Shown here: positions 16,772 through 25,983 of the stretch, one piece after another
How positions within the stretch are numbered: the first letter of the stretch is position 1
Layout of the letters: the number at the start of each line of letters is the position of its first letter
Source of the DNA: a virus
UHGV virus genome: UHGV-1368191
Length of the DNA: 64,000 nucleotides
Reading direction: 5' to 3' (one strand)
Translations under genes and position numbers: made by a program
The notes under the pieces: generated by a model
What the model was told of the DNA's origin: nothing
Seen by the model: only the letters and a program-made list of their open reading frames with translations
Databases searched by the model: none

Positions 16772-18894
16772 TATATCTGGTCACTAATAACCAAGAGCTA
16801 TTTGAATCTGAGGACTATAAAATAATAGGGGTAGACGAAAGTCTATCCCTATTAAGTTCCTTAGATATAGTAGGTCTTGATACTGAAACCAGTGGATTAA
16901 GCTGCCATAAGGATAAGCTGCTGTCTCTTCAACTTGGCTGTTATGATTTTCAAGTAGTCATTGATTGTTCTACTATAGATGTAAGACTGTATAAAGACTA
17001 TATTGAATCAGATAGATTATTTCTATTCCATAATGCCAAGTTTGATTTACAATGGCTTTACAAGTATCATATAGTTCCTTATAATGTCTATGACTTATTC
17101 TTGGCTGAGAAAGTCATGTGGAATGGCTACCCTGTCAGGCTAACTCCTGAAGTATGGGATAAGATTCAATGCCCTAGATATGATTATGTACCAGCAGACC
17201 CTAAGAAGAAGGGTTCAAAAGCAAGTTATGTCTTATTTATGAACTTAAAGAAGTTAGGTGAGATGTACCTTGGAGTAGAACTTGATAAGTCCATAAGAGG
17301 GCAGATTATCTATAAGGGTCTTGTAGGGGATGTAATTGTATATGCCGCAAATGATGTTAAGTATCTTGAACAGATAAGGGAACTTCAACTTAAACAGCTT
17401 GAGAAACAAGGGCTGCTTATAGCTATAGAGTATGAGAATAGAGCTATACTCCCTATTGCCTATATGTGCTTCTGTGGCATTAAGATGGACAGGACAAGAT
17501 GGGAGAAGAAGATGGAGCATGACCAAGCTGTCCTTGATGGTATTGTTGATGAAATGAATAAATGGCTTATAGAACATGAGCCTAATTCAAAGTATATCAA
17601 GATAGATAGACAAGGTGATTTGTTCTCAGGCTTTAACCTTGAACCTCAAGTAACTCTTAACTGGAATAGTCAAAAGCAAGTTATTCCTTTATTCAAAAAG
17701 TATGGAGTTGATACTACAGCTCTTGATAAGGAGGATGATGAGGATAAGGACAGCATAGGAGCTAAGGTATTAGGTCCACAGAAAGATAAGTGTAGCCTTA
17801 TTCCTTTGTATATTAGGTTCAAGGAAATGAAGAAGCTATGCAGTACCTATGGAGCAAATGTGCTCAAGCAGATTGATGAAGTAACAGGTAGGCTATATAC
17901 TAACTTTAATTCATTAGGTACTGATACAGCAAGAATAAGCTCAGGAGGCAAGGATAAAACAGCTAAAGTTGATTATGTTAATATGCTTAATATGCCAGCT
18001 GATGCTGAGACTAGAGCCTGCTTTATTGCTGAAGAAGGCAACAGATGGATTTCAATTGACTACTCAGGTCAGGAATCGTATATTATGGCTGACGTAGCTG
18101 ATGACAAGGAGATGATTAGGGAACTTACCTATGGAGAGGGTGATTTACATACTCTGACTGCCAAGATAGTATTTCCTGAGATTCCTAAGGATATGTCAGC
18201 TAAGGAGGTCAAGAAGCAATATCACAAGCTAAGACAAGAAGCTAAGGGTTATGAGTTTGCATTTAATTATGCAGGCAATGATAATACCATTATGAGGAAC
18301 TTTGGACTTACTGCTAAAAGAGCTAAGGAAATCTATGATAATTATATGAGGGGCTTTAATGGCCTTAAGAGATATATTGAGTCCAGAAAGAAAGACTGGT
18401 TCAATAAAGGCTATATAGACTTAAATCCTAAGGTGGGGTATAAGGCTTATATCTATGATTGGAGTTATCTCAAGAAGTTGCAAACTAAGTTTAGGGAACC
18501 TGGATTTTGGGACTATTACAGGGAGATGAAAGTAGATGCGCCTAAATGTGATACTGTGATGATGGTAAAGGAGTTCTTCAAGAGAAGAGCTGACTCTGAT
18601 AGGCAATCTGTCAATTATCCTATACAGCATACTGGCGCATTGTGTTATAAGGTAAGTATGGTGAACTTCTTTGAATATTTAAGGCACAATGACTTATTAT
18701 TTAAGGTGCTAATTACTGTAACTCCTTATGATGAAATAAACTGTGAAGCTCCTGAAGAGATTGCAGAAGATGTAGCTCAAACTCTATATGATATAATGGT
18801 AAAATCAGGAGCTTATTTTGTGAAGAAAGTCAAACTTGATGCAGATATTAGTAGACTGGAGGATGGAACCTTGCCAACCTACTGGATCCATTGA
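16768..18894 (+). CDS. polA: DNA polymerase, family A (PolI-like) with 3'-5' exonuclease domain
   Basis: Exo I VGLDTETSGL and Exo III YAANDVKYL. Pol motif A ISIDYSGQESYIMAD (cf. DYSQIELR), motif B RQEAKGYEFAFNYAG (cf. RRxAKxxNFGxxYG) and motif C region VTPYDEI. Confidence 0.8.
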   Translation: MIYLVTNNQELFESEDYKIIGVDESLSLLSSLDIVGLDTETSGLSCHKDKLLSLQLGCYDFQVVIDCSTIDVRLYKDYIESDRLFLFHNAKFDLQWLYKYHIVPYNVYDLFLAEKVMWNGYPVRLTPEVWDKIQCPRYDYVPADPKKKGSKASYVLFMNLKKLGEMYLGVELDKSIRGQIIYKGLVGDVIVYAANDVKYLEQIRELQLKQLEKQGLLIAIEYENRAILPIAYMCFCGIKMDRTRWEKKMEHDQAVLDGIVDEMNKWLIEHEPNSKYIKIDRQGDLFSGFNLEPQVTLNWNSQKQVIPLFKKYGVDTTALDKEDDEDKDSIGAKVLGPQKDKCSLIPLYIRFKEMKKLCSTYGANVLKQIDEVTGRLYTNFNSLGTDTARISSGGKDKTAKVDYVNMLNMPADAETRACFIAEEGNRWISIDYSGQESYIMADVADDKEMIRELTYGEGDLHTLTAKIVFPEIPKDMSAKEVKKQYHKLRQEAKGYEFAFNYAGNDNTIMRNFGLTAKRAKEIYDNYMRGFNGLKRYIESRKKDWFNKGYIDLNPKVGYKAYIYDWSYLKKLQTKFREPGFWDYYREMKVDAPKCDTVMMVKEFFKRRADSDRQSVNYPIQHTGALCYKVSMVNFFEYLRHNDLLFKVLITVTPYDEINCEAPEEIAEDVAQTLYDIMVKSGAYFVKKVKLDADISRLEDGTLPTYWIH

Positions 18895-18925
18895 CCTAGT
18901 TATTAAAAATACTAAATGAAAGGAA

Positions 18926-19399
18926 ATGAAAGAATTAAAAGTTATAGAAAGTATATCTGAACTCAAAACAGGAGACTCAATTACTTATGTTGGAACTGAG
19001 GGTTTGAAAATTCCTGGGTTTACACCCTTTAAGGAGTATTATATACAAGGGAATGATGGGTTTGAAGTGATTCTTATAAATGATAATTCTGAGATATGCA
19101 AAGTAAATTTTGATAATATCAAGAATCAGTTCAGGTTACCTGTATATGAAAAAGATGAAGTAAATCATCCTCCCCATTACACTTGGCTAAAGGATAAATG
19201 TGGGATTGAAGTTATTGATATAACAAGACATCTTGACTTTGACCTTGGCAATGCACTAAAATATATTCTAAGAGCTGGTAGAAAGCCTATTGAGACTGAG
19301 AATAAATCAGATTTCTATGCTGGCACTATACAGGACTTAAAGAAAGCTGTGTGGTATCTAAATGATAAAATTAAGATGCTTGAAGAAAATGAAAGATAA
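18926..19399 (+). CDS. DUF3310-like phage protein
   Basis: NHPPHYT...GIEVIDITRHLDFDLGNALKYILRAGRK...KAVWYL matches the conserved HY..EPIDVI / GNxxKYxxR pattern of this phage family as I recall it. Confidence 0.4.
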   Translation: MKELKVIESISELKTGDSITYVGTEGLKIPGFTPFKEYYIQGNDGFEVILINDNSEICKVNFDNIKNQFRLPVYEKDEVNHPPHYTWLKDKCGIEVIDITRHLDFDLGNALKYILRAGRKPIETENKSDFYAGTIQDLKKAVWYLNDKIKMLEENER

Positions 19400-19565
19400 C
19401 TTTATAGTAGTACAGGGGTCTAATATTCAAGAATTGATGAATAAAGAAGGCTTTAAGGATAATGTAGAGCTTATTGAGGATGAGAGGTATTATCAACTTT
19501 ATGGAGATAATGCTTATTTCGTAAATGAAGACTGGTATAATAAAGTAATGAATCATGGTGAATAA
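19362..19565 (+). CDS. small hypothetical protein
   Basis: 67-aa ORF. Confidence 0.25.
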   Translation: MIKLRCLKKMKDNFIVVQGSNIQELMNKEGFKDNVELIEDERYYQLYGDNAYFVNEDWYNKVMNHGE

Positions 19566-19824
19566 AGAATGTATAAATAATGAGAGTGACTGTCATGTTC
19601 CTCCTGTGAATAAAAAGCTCTGGATAATAGAGTTTGAAATCAGGAATGATGGCAGGGGATGTGCAGTAGTAAAGGCTGGTAATCCTAATGAAGCAAGCAG
19701 GGTACTTAAATCTGAGGGACTATATAATGGCAGTCCTATAGATTATATGATCTATAGAATTGAAGAGATAGTACCTTCTCCTGAAACAATGCTTATTTGT
19801 GAACAAATAGTTAATAAGGAATGA
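19555..19824 (+). CDS. small hypothetical protein
   Basis: 89-aa ORF, coupled to the downstream gene by an ATGA overlap. Confidence 0.3.
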   Translation: MVNKECINNESDCHVPPVNKKLWIIEFEIRNDGRGCAVVKAGNPNEASRVLKSEGLYNGSPIDYMIYRIEEIVPSPETMLICEQIVNKE

Positions 19825-20315
19825 AGCAGTTTACACAGAGAGAACTTATTAAGATATGTATAGCAAATGGTTTCCACTTTGAAAGAATGAGTGGAGACCA
19901 TGCTGTATATATTAATAAGGAAGGAAGACATATCAGTATTCCCAATCATCTCAGGTGTGTAATAGCTAATAGACTTATTAAGGAGAATAATTTAGAAACT
20001 GATTTAAAAAAACTTAAAAGGGAAAGAAAAATGGATAATTATCCTACTATGTCTCAAATTGAAGAGAGTAATGCTCCTTGGAATGACTCTAAGGAACCTA
20101 AAGAAGTTGAAGTTATTGTAAGTATGACTATCAGTAAGGTAGTTAAAGTACAGGTCTCTGATTATGAAGTACTTGACAGCAAGGATGAATATGGTCAAAA
20201 TGAAGTGGATTTTGATAACTGTGATTTGAAAACTGCTGTAGAGGAGCAAATCACTCTTCCTACTGATGTCTGTGAAGGTTGGTACATTGATGAGTTTGAA
20301 GCCCTAATATCATAA
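19821..20315 (+). CDS. HicA-like (YcfA) domain protein with acidic C-terminal extension
   Basis: N-terminal RELIKICIANGFHFERMSGDHAVYINKEGRHISIPNH matches the HicA toxin signature (LIK.L...G...+..GSHH.F....G+...VP.H). Confidence 0.4.
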   Translation: MKQFTQRELIKICIANGFHFERMSGDHAVYINKEGRHISIPNHLRCVIANRLIKENNLETDLKKLKRERKMDNYPTMSQIEESNAPWNDSKEPKEVEVIVSMTISKVVKVQVSDYEVLDSKDEYGQNEVDFDNCDLKTAVEEQITLPTDVCEGWYIDEFEALIS

Positions 20316-20318
20316 AAT

Positions 20319-20471
20319 ATGAAAGTATATAAGGTAACTTGTTTTAATGGTAGTGTCCTTCTTGTAGTAGCTAATAGTTTTGGTGAAGCTGAGGATAGGC
20401 TTGTCAAGAAACATAGATTATTTTCTATTGAGAGTATAGAAATACTTGACTATGAAGTAATTTGTGATTAA
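20319..20471 (+). CDS. small ORF (51 aa) missed by the 60-aa ORF cut-off
   Basis: ATG at 20319, MKVYKVTCFNGSVLLVVANSFGEAEDRL... It fills the gap between flanking genes. Confidence 0.2.
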   Translation: MKVYKVTCFNGSVLLVVANSFGEAEDRLVKKHRLFSIESIEILDYEVICD

Positions 20472-20856
20472 AAAAGAGCATAATATGATTCCAGAAAAAT
20501 TTAAATGTTACAATTGCTATGATGATGGTAAAATTACTCATAGTAGACAATATAAAGTTCTTATAACAGATATAATTCCTAGAGAAGAAGCTTATGAAGA
20601 ACTGTTACGTATTTGTTATTTAGCTTTAGAGGATTATCCTGAGCTTTATGATAGTAATTATGATACTATTGTAATAGGAGTATCTTATGAAGACCAGATC
20701 CCAAGAATTGAAATATTTCTTCCTACTACATATGGTAAATGGATGGGAATTGGTGAATATGAAGAAGGCTCTGATAGTATGAACTCTTACTGGTGTAGTG
20801 GAGTACTGGATGTTGATGGAGAACTTACAAAGCAATTAGAAAAATCTTTAATTTAA
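20464..20856 (+). CDS. hypothetical protein
   Basis: 130-aa ORF with an N-terminal CxxC. Confidence 0.3.
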   Translation: MIKKEHNMIPEKFKCYNCYDDGKITHSRQYKVLITDIIPREEAYEELLRICYLALEDYPELYDSNYDTIVIGVSYEDQIPRIEIFLPTTYGKWMGIGEYEEGSDSMNSYWCSGVLDVDGELTKQLEKSLI

Positions 20857-20862
20857 ATCTAT

Positions 20863-21048
20863 TTGAATATGGTAATAACTAGAAGATTATATCGGATAGT
20901 ACTAGAAAACTATCTTTCCTATCATGTGGCAGCTGACTCTATTGATGAAGCAATAAGTATTATGAGAAAATGGAGAAAGGACTGCAAGATTACTAGTGTA
21001 AGTAAAAGCAATGATGACGTAGTATTAACTAAAGAGGATGTACAATGA
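20863..21048 (+). CDS. small hypothetical protein
   Basis: 61-aa ORF overlapping the thyX start (ATGA). Confidence 0.3.
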   Translation: MNMVITRRLYRIVLENYLSYHVAADSIDEAISIMRKWRKDCKITSVSKSNDDVVLTKEDVQ

Positions 21049-22970
21049 GACTTATAAAACCATCATTTGAAATTTGGAAACAAGAACCTGGATTAGAAGG
21101 AATATATAAAGCCATTGAGAGAGCAGGGCGTGTATGCTATAGGTCTGAGGACAAGATAACAGAAGATAGTGCTAAGCCTTTTGTAGATAGAATGATTAAA
21201 GCAGGTCACTGCTATACAGGAGATACAGAGGTACTAACTGAGAATGGTTGGATTAAATTTAGAGATTATAATGGTGAAAAAGTTGCTGTAATAAATAAGG
21301 ATTGTTCATTTAAAGGTTTTGAAAATCCAAAAAGAATAGTAAGTTATTCTTATAAAGGTAATTTTTATTATTATCCTTCACTAGGTATAGAAGTTACTGA
21401 TGGACATAATATGTTTGGGATTTTCAGAGAAAGCAAAAACGACTTTTATAAAAACAATTCGTATTCTTTATTTAAATGCAATGGATATTATAAAGATAAT
21501 AATGGCAGAGAAAAAACTTTAGGAGAAAGAATGTTTAAAACTCCAAGACATTGTCTAAAAAGCAAGTCTTTAAATCCTTATGGAGAGTTAATTGGGTTTT
21601 GGTTAGGAGATGGATGCTATAGTCCTGAAACTAAAAATAAATTAGTGTTTCATTTAAAGAAGCCAAGAAAAATAGAATATCTAAAACAATTATGTGAAGA
21701 ACTGGGATATATTTTTGAAGAAAGAAAATCTAATTATTATACTGTTACTAATAATAATATAGGGAGTTCTTTTAATTCATTGTTTTATAATAATGGCAAA
21801 AGAATATCATTACAGTACTTTCCATCATTAGATATAGCTTTTTCTATTATTGAAGGACTAATAAATTCAGATGGTAGTAGAGCAAAAAACACTAAAACTA
21901 TAACTTTTACAAATACTAGTAAAAGTATAATTGATTGGTTATTAATATATGCTCCTATATGTGGTTATTCTATTTCTAACAGAGGTATTTCCCATAATAC
22001 TACTTTACATAATCCTGTATATAAAGTATTATTATTAGATACTAACTATACCTTAAATAATGATTCTAGAGATAAAGACTCTAAAGTTATTATTACTAAT
22101 AAAGTAGAGGAAGTCTATTGTGTTACAGTATCTACTGGATTAATAATGGTTAGGGGAATAAATGGGATTACTACTATTTGTGGTAATTGTGCTATGTTAG
22201 AACATGGTACTGTATATTTAGCTATTCCAATGACTACTTATGCTCCTGAGGCAGTTAATATATATCATAACAATTCCTATTCAAAAGTAAATAAATGTAA
22301 TGAATTTATATTTACTGATAAATACGGAGATAAGGTTGCAGCATGGTGCGTAACAACTAATTTAAGAGTTTTAGTAGAAAATGATTGCTTAGAAGATTTA
22401 GAATTTCTTTGTGAACCTACAGAGTTCCATGAGAAAAGAGTTTGTGTACACTTTGTATGTGATAGAGGTGTATCACATGAGTTTGTAAGGCATAGAGTAA
22501 TGTCTTTTGCTCAGGAAAGTACGAGGTATTGCAACTACTCTAAGGATAAGTTTAGTAATGAACTTACCTTTATTATTCCTTGTTGGTGTGATGATATTCC
22601 TGATGCTTTAAGCCTAAAAGATAGTATGGATGTAAAGAAGTTTGTTTGGGGAACTGATAATTTGGCTGCTACAGTTGAAGAAAAAGGTGTAGTGAATAGG
22701 CAAGTTAGTAAGTTTACTCAAAGATTTCTATATGAAATGCAAGGAGATGAAGATACATATATAGGGCTTATAGCTGCTGGATATAAACCACAGGAAGCAA
22801 GAGCCGTTCTCTCTAACTCCTTAAAGACAGAATTAGTAATGACTGGCTTTGTATCTGATTGGAAACATTTCTTTGAGTTAAGATGTGCTGACAATGCTCA
22901 TCCTCAAGCCAGGGAATTGGCTATTCCTTTAAGAGAAGAGTTTATTAAAAGGGATTATATTAATGAATGA
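21045..22970 (+). CDS. thyX: flavin-dependent thymidylate synthase ThyX interrupted by an intein
   Basis: Extein MIKAGH | CAMLEHGTVYLA restores the ThyX motif (R.GH.SVLEH). ThyX signature RHRVMSFAQESTRY (RHRx7SxxxxRY) lies downstream. Confidence 0.7.
   Translation: MRLIKPSFEIWKQEPGLEGIYKAIERAGRVCYRSEDKITEDSAKPFVDRMIKAGHCYTGDTEVLTENGWIKFRDYNGEKVAVINKDCSFKGFENPKRIVSYSYKGNFYYYPSLGIEVTDGHNMFGIFRESKNDFYKNNSYSLFKCNGYYKDNNGREKTLGERMFKTPRHCLKSKSLNPYGELIGFWLGDGCYSPETKNKLVFHLKKPRKIEYLKQLCEELGYIFEERKSNYYTVTNNNIGSSFNSLFYNNGKRISLQYFPSLDIAFSIIEGLINSDGSRAKNTKTITFTNTSKSIIDWLLIYAPICGYSISNRGISHNTTLHNPVYKVLLLDTNYTLNNDSRDKDSKVIITNKVEEVYCVTVSTGLIMVRGINGITTICGNCAMLEHGTVYLAIPMTTYAPEAVNIYHNNSYSKVNKCNEFIFTDKYGDKVAAWCVTTNLRVLVENDCLEDLEFLCEPTEFHEKRVCVHFVCDRGVSHEFVRHRVMSFAQESTRYCNYSKDKFSNELTFIIPCWCDDIPDALSLKDSMDVKKFVWGTDNLAATVEEKGVVNRQVSKFTQRFLYEMQGDEDTYIGLIAAGYKPQEARAVLSNSLKTELVMTGFVSDWKHFFELRCADNAHPQARELAIPLREEFIKRDYINE
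21210..22187 (+). mobile_element. intein (326 aa) with LAGLIDADG homing endonuclease in thyX
   Basis: Starts CYTGDTEVLTENGWIKF (Hint A block). LAGLIDADG-like LIGFWLGDGCYS and IEGLINSDGS. Ends TTICGN before the +1 Cys (CAMLEH). The penultimate His is absent. Confidence 0.6.
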
Positions 22971-23149
22971 ATTTGATTTAGCAAGCCTTGCTTGCATAAA
23001 AGAATCTAATCTAAGTATTGCTAAGAATTTAATAGATATTAAATATCTATTGACACAAATACTTGATAATTTAGAGAGGAAACAAGTAAAGCAAGATAGC
23101 TGTTCCACTAAGAGAAGAATTTATTAAAAGAGGATATATCAATGAATAA
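22927..23149 (+). repeat. imperfect direct repeat (about 44 bp, 39/44 identical) of the thyX 3' end; copy 2 is an out-of-context remnant
   Basis: Copy 1 spans 22927-22970 (cctttaagagaagagtttattaaaagggattatattaatgaatga, within the AIPLREEFIKRDYINE* codons). Copy 2 spans 23106-23149 (ccactaagagaagaatttattaaaagaggatatatcaatgaataa, within the AVPLREEFIKRGYINE* codons). About 135 bp lies between them. Confidence 0.6.
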
Positions 23150-23400
23150 AGAAGAATTTCTAAACTTTTGCATTAAGAATGGTCTACCCTTTGAAATAGA
23201 ATTTAAGGAGCCTTGGTATCCTAAGTCTATAGAGGTATCTAAAGAGGATCTAAATAATACCAAATGATTGATAGAAATTCTTAATCAGGCTATTTTTGAT
23301 GGTATAATTTACGGAGAATATAAAATTCAAATACAAAATGACTGAAGAAAGATACCAATATCTATCATTAGAAGAGAATATAACTAAATCAGAATAATCA

Positions 23401-23562
23401 ATGTTAAATATACTTAAACTCCTAATTATGAGACATAAATGTCATCATGATTGGGAATTACAGAAGCAAATAGTAAGGGAATCAGAATTAGGAATCTCCA
23501 TTACCTACTATTTTATATGTAAGAAATGTGGTAAAACCTCTAAAAGAAAAGTCTATCAATGA
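23401..23562 (+). CDS. small zinc-ribbon ORF (53 aa) in the non-coding island
   Basis: MLNILKLLIMRHKCHHDWELQ...YFICKKCGKTSKRKVYQ, giving C-H...C-x2-C. Confidence 0.2.
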   Translation: MLNILKLLIMRHKCHHDWELQKQIVRESELGISITYYFICKKCGKTSKRKVYQ

Positions 23563-23744
23563 ATCTGAAAGACCTATATTTAAGTGGAGATAAGGAAGTA
23601 GTAAGATTTAAAAGTATCTTTAACTTTCTTAATTACTGCTATACCCGAAAACTCACCAAAGAAAATAGTGAGACCTTTTATGACTCTCAAAATGAGTATA
23701 TGTATCTTAAACCCTGCAAAGTAGATTTACATACTAATAAGTAA
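23559..23744 (+). CDS. small hypothetical protein
   Basis: 61-aa ORF. Confidence 0.25.
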   Translation: MNLKDLYLSGDKEVVRFKSIFNFLNYCYTRKLTKENSETFYDSQNEYMYLKPCKVDLHTNK

Positions 23745-23753
23745 AATAAAAGA

Positions 23754-24515
23754 ATGGAAAAGAAATATGAAATTTTAAAAGACCAATCTATTACCTTAAA
23801 TGGTCATACCCTATATAGGATAAAACCATTGAAGAGGATTTCTAATATGTTTCCAGGTGTGCTAGGAGGATTCATTGAAAGTGAGGATAATCTTTCTCAT
23901 GAAGGAGATTGTTGGGTGACTGAGAATGCAGCTGTTTATGGCCACTCTATAGTTATGGAGAATGCATGGGTAGGAGGAAGTGCCAGAATACATGGTCATA
24001 GTATTATACGTGGAAATTGCTTAATAGCAGGATCTCCTTTAATCATCAGTTCAGAAATCAAGGGAAACTCCGAAGTAACAGAGGAAGCTATAATACAGAA
24101 CTCTGTACTGCAAGACCGAGCTGTAGTTAAAGGTGATGCAAATTTAGACGATGTTAGGGTTTCTGGAAGTTCCATTATAAAAGACTTCGCCACTGTGACA
24201 AATACAGATATTGAGGGAGATGCATGTATTAGTGGAAAAGTTTGTATTAAGAAGGGCAGTGACTACACAGTAATCAAGAATTTTTGGAGTTCTTGTAGGA
24301 TTATCACCTATACCAGACCTAATAGAATGTGGAGAACTGGTTGTTTCCTTGGAACTGGTGAGGAACTTATAAAGAAAGCTTATAATGACTCAAAAGAAAA
24401 GGGGGAGCAATTTAAGTTACTTGTTGAGTATGTTGAGAAAGCCTATGCACTAAAAGAAGGGAAAAAGAAAGAATCCCTACTAAGTAGATTACTTAGATTT
24501 TTAAAGATAGTATGA
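23754..24515 (+). CDS. hexapeptide-repeat (left-handed beta-helix) protein
   Basis: Successive [LIV]-G-x4-like repeats: VYGHSIVMENAWVGGSARIHGHSIIRGNCLIAGSPLIISSEIKGNSEV...VVKGDANLDDVRVSGSSIIKDFATV. Confidence 0.4.
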   Translation: MEKKYEILKDQSITLNGHTLYRIKPLKRISNMFPGVLGGFIESEDNLSHEGDCWVTENAAVYGHSIVMENAWVGGSARIHGHSIIRGNCLIAGSPLIISSEIKGNSEVTEEAIIQNSVLQDRAVVKGDANLDDVRVSGSSIIKDFATVTNTDIEGDACISGKVCIKKGSDYTVIKNFWSSCRIITYTRPNRMWRTGCFLGTGEELIKKAYNDSKEKGEQFKLLVEYVEKAYALKEGKKKESLLSRLLRFLKIV

Positions 24516-24531
24516 AAAGGAGATACTTAAA

Positions 24532-24717
24532 ATGACATGTGAAATATTATTCTTTGTAGCTATAACTTGGTGGGTATCTGTACTCTTTGCTCTACTCATA
24601 CTTGTGGTAGATGAGGAGGTTGAGATAGGTAATCTAGTAATACTTTTATTTCCAGCTAATCTTATCTTTGTGATAAAGTATTGGTGGAAAGCTATTATTA
24701 AAGCTGTAAAATCATAA
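24532..24717 (+). CDS. small two-TM membrane protein
   Basis: 61 aa with two hydrophobic helices: ILFFVAITWWVSVLFALLILVV and LVILLFPANLIFVI. Confidence 0.3.
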   Translation: MTCEILFFVAITWWVSVLFALLILVVDEEVEIGNLVILLFPANLIFVIKYWWKAIIKAVKS

Positions 24718-24722
24718 ATATT

Positions 24723-25097
24723 ATGGAAAAGAATTTTAAAATAGAACTCCCTGAAGGAGTTAAGATAACCGATATACAATCAACACTTAATGAAAATGGA
24801 ACTGTTGCCACAATCACTGTGTGTATGAAAGAGGAATATGTACCAAAGAATGGTGATTTTGTGAGAGTAGTGGGAAGCTGCCAAGAATGTATAGCAATTT
24901 ATAACGTAAGTAAAGAGATTGATATATACAAAAAGGGAAATAAGCTATTCTATTATGTATCACTAGGTAAGACGGATGAAAGATTACTGACGAATGATTG
25001 GATGTATAGTAGAGAAGTATTCCCAGTTACGAAGAAGCTCTCGAAGCAGGCTTACGTGAAGCAATTAAACTGGTTAAAAAGCAATGATTATGAGTAA
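24723..25097 (+). CDS. hypothetical protein
   Basis: 124-aa ORF. Confidence 0.3.
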   Translation: MEKNFKIELPEGVKITDIQSTLNENGTVATITVCMKEEYVPKNGDFVRVVGSCQECIAIYNVSKEIDIYKKGNKLFYYVSLGKTDERLLTNDWMYSREVFPVTKKLSKQAYVKQLNWLKSNDYE

Positions 25098-25500
25098 GCA
25101 GTGTTTAGACGTGCAGCAGATGCAGCACCTGCAAGAGCTGGGGTTAAAGTTGAAACCTTCTCTTATACATTATTATAAAATAATCAATATAGATTCAGGT
25201 AAATGGTATTTATCAGTAACAACTGGAGATATAAGTGAGGATAGCCCAACGTATCAATATATTCCCGCATACACTTTGCAGGATGTGCTGGATGCACTAC
25301 CTACTACCATCTTACATGACAAACAAATATATGAACTTGATATCAATATGTGCAATGAACGTATAGAATACGTGAAAACATCGGTTGATGATGTGCTTGT
25401 AGGATTGTGCTTTACTCAACTACTACTCATTGATGCAGCATACTCTATGCTGTGTTGGGCTATTGAGAATAAATTTGTAGAAACAAATAAAAATGAATGA
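25084..25500 (+). CDS. hypothetical protein
   Basis: 138-aa ORF overlapping the upstream gene by 14 nt. Confidence 0.3.
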   Translation: MIMSKQCLDVQQMQHLQELGLKLKPSLIHYYKIINIDSGKWYLSVTTGDISEDSPTYQYIPAYTLQDVLDALPTTILHDKQIYELDINMCNERIEYVKTSVDDVLVGLCFTQLLLIDAAYSMLCWAIENKFVETNKNE

Positions 25501-25518
25501 GGATATTAGATTAGAAAT

Positions 25519-25866
25519 ATGATAACTTTTAAAGAATATTTTAGTGATTGGATAAAGGTTATTAATAAGAAGGGACTGTTTAAAATTATGAGGTGGTTAA
25601 AAATAGTAAATCCTAATAACTTTTGTCCACCTATAGCAGAAAATTCCTACAAGTTTTTTCAAAACAAGAGTTGTAAGTATTTTCCTTGCCACTCTAATGT
25701 AAGTGAAAAGGACTTTAACTGTATGTTTTGCTACTGCCCTCTATATAGTAAGAAAGAGTGTGGGGGTAATTATCGGATATTAGAAAATGGGGTAAAGGAT
25801 TGCTCAGGTTGTGTAATACCTCATGGTAGAAATTCTTGGGGTATAATTCAAGGAAAATTAAAGTAG
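25519..25866 (+). CDS. Cys-rich metal-binding protein whose N-terminus mimics the UDG N-terminus
   Basis: CKYFPCH...FNCMFCYCPLYSKKECGG...KDCSGCVIPH. The first 12 aa (ITFKEYFSDWIKVI) parallel 9201..9914 (TLKEYFGDWLKVF). Confidence 0.35.
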   Translation: MITFKEYFSDWIKVINKKGLFKIMRWLKIVNPNNFCPPIAENSYKFFQNKSCKYFPCHSNVSEKDFNCMFCYCPLYSKKECGGNYRILENGVKDCSGCVIPHGRNSWGIIQGKLK

Positions 25867-25954
25867 TTATTGAAAATGTAAGGGATAGTAAGTCAAGTAC
25901 TTATTATCCCTTAATTTTTTTCAATATAAAGTTGTGTATCTCAACTGAAATAAT

Positions 25955-25962
25955 TAATTTTG
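25955..25962 (+). promoter_or_regulatory. Bacteroidetes sigma-A -7 element candidate (TAATTTTG) upstream of the giant RNAP gene
   Basis: Matches the TAnnTTTG consensus. It lies 21 nt upstream of the ATG at 25984. A GTTG occurs about 22 nt further upstream (approximate -33). Confidence 0.3.
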
Positions 25963-25983
25963 CAAAAACTAATTTTATTAAAT

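Noticed and set aside
22971-23005. Short inverted repeat gcaagc-ctt-gcttgc just after the thyX stop
   Set aside because: 6-bp stem without a following T-run, so it is too weak to call a terminator.
25960-25983. ORF-track start codons at 25960 and 51072
   Set aside because: Both are TTG codons. The one at 25960 lies inside the TAATTTTG promoter motif, and in-frame ATGs follow 24 nt downstream (25984 and 51048). I used the ATGs.
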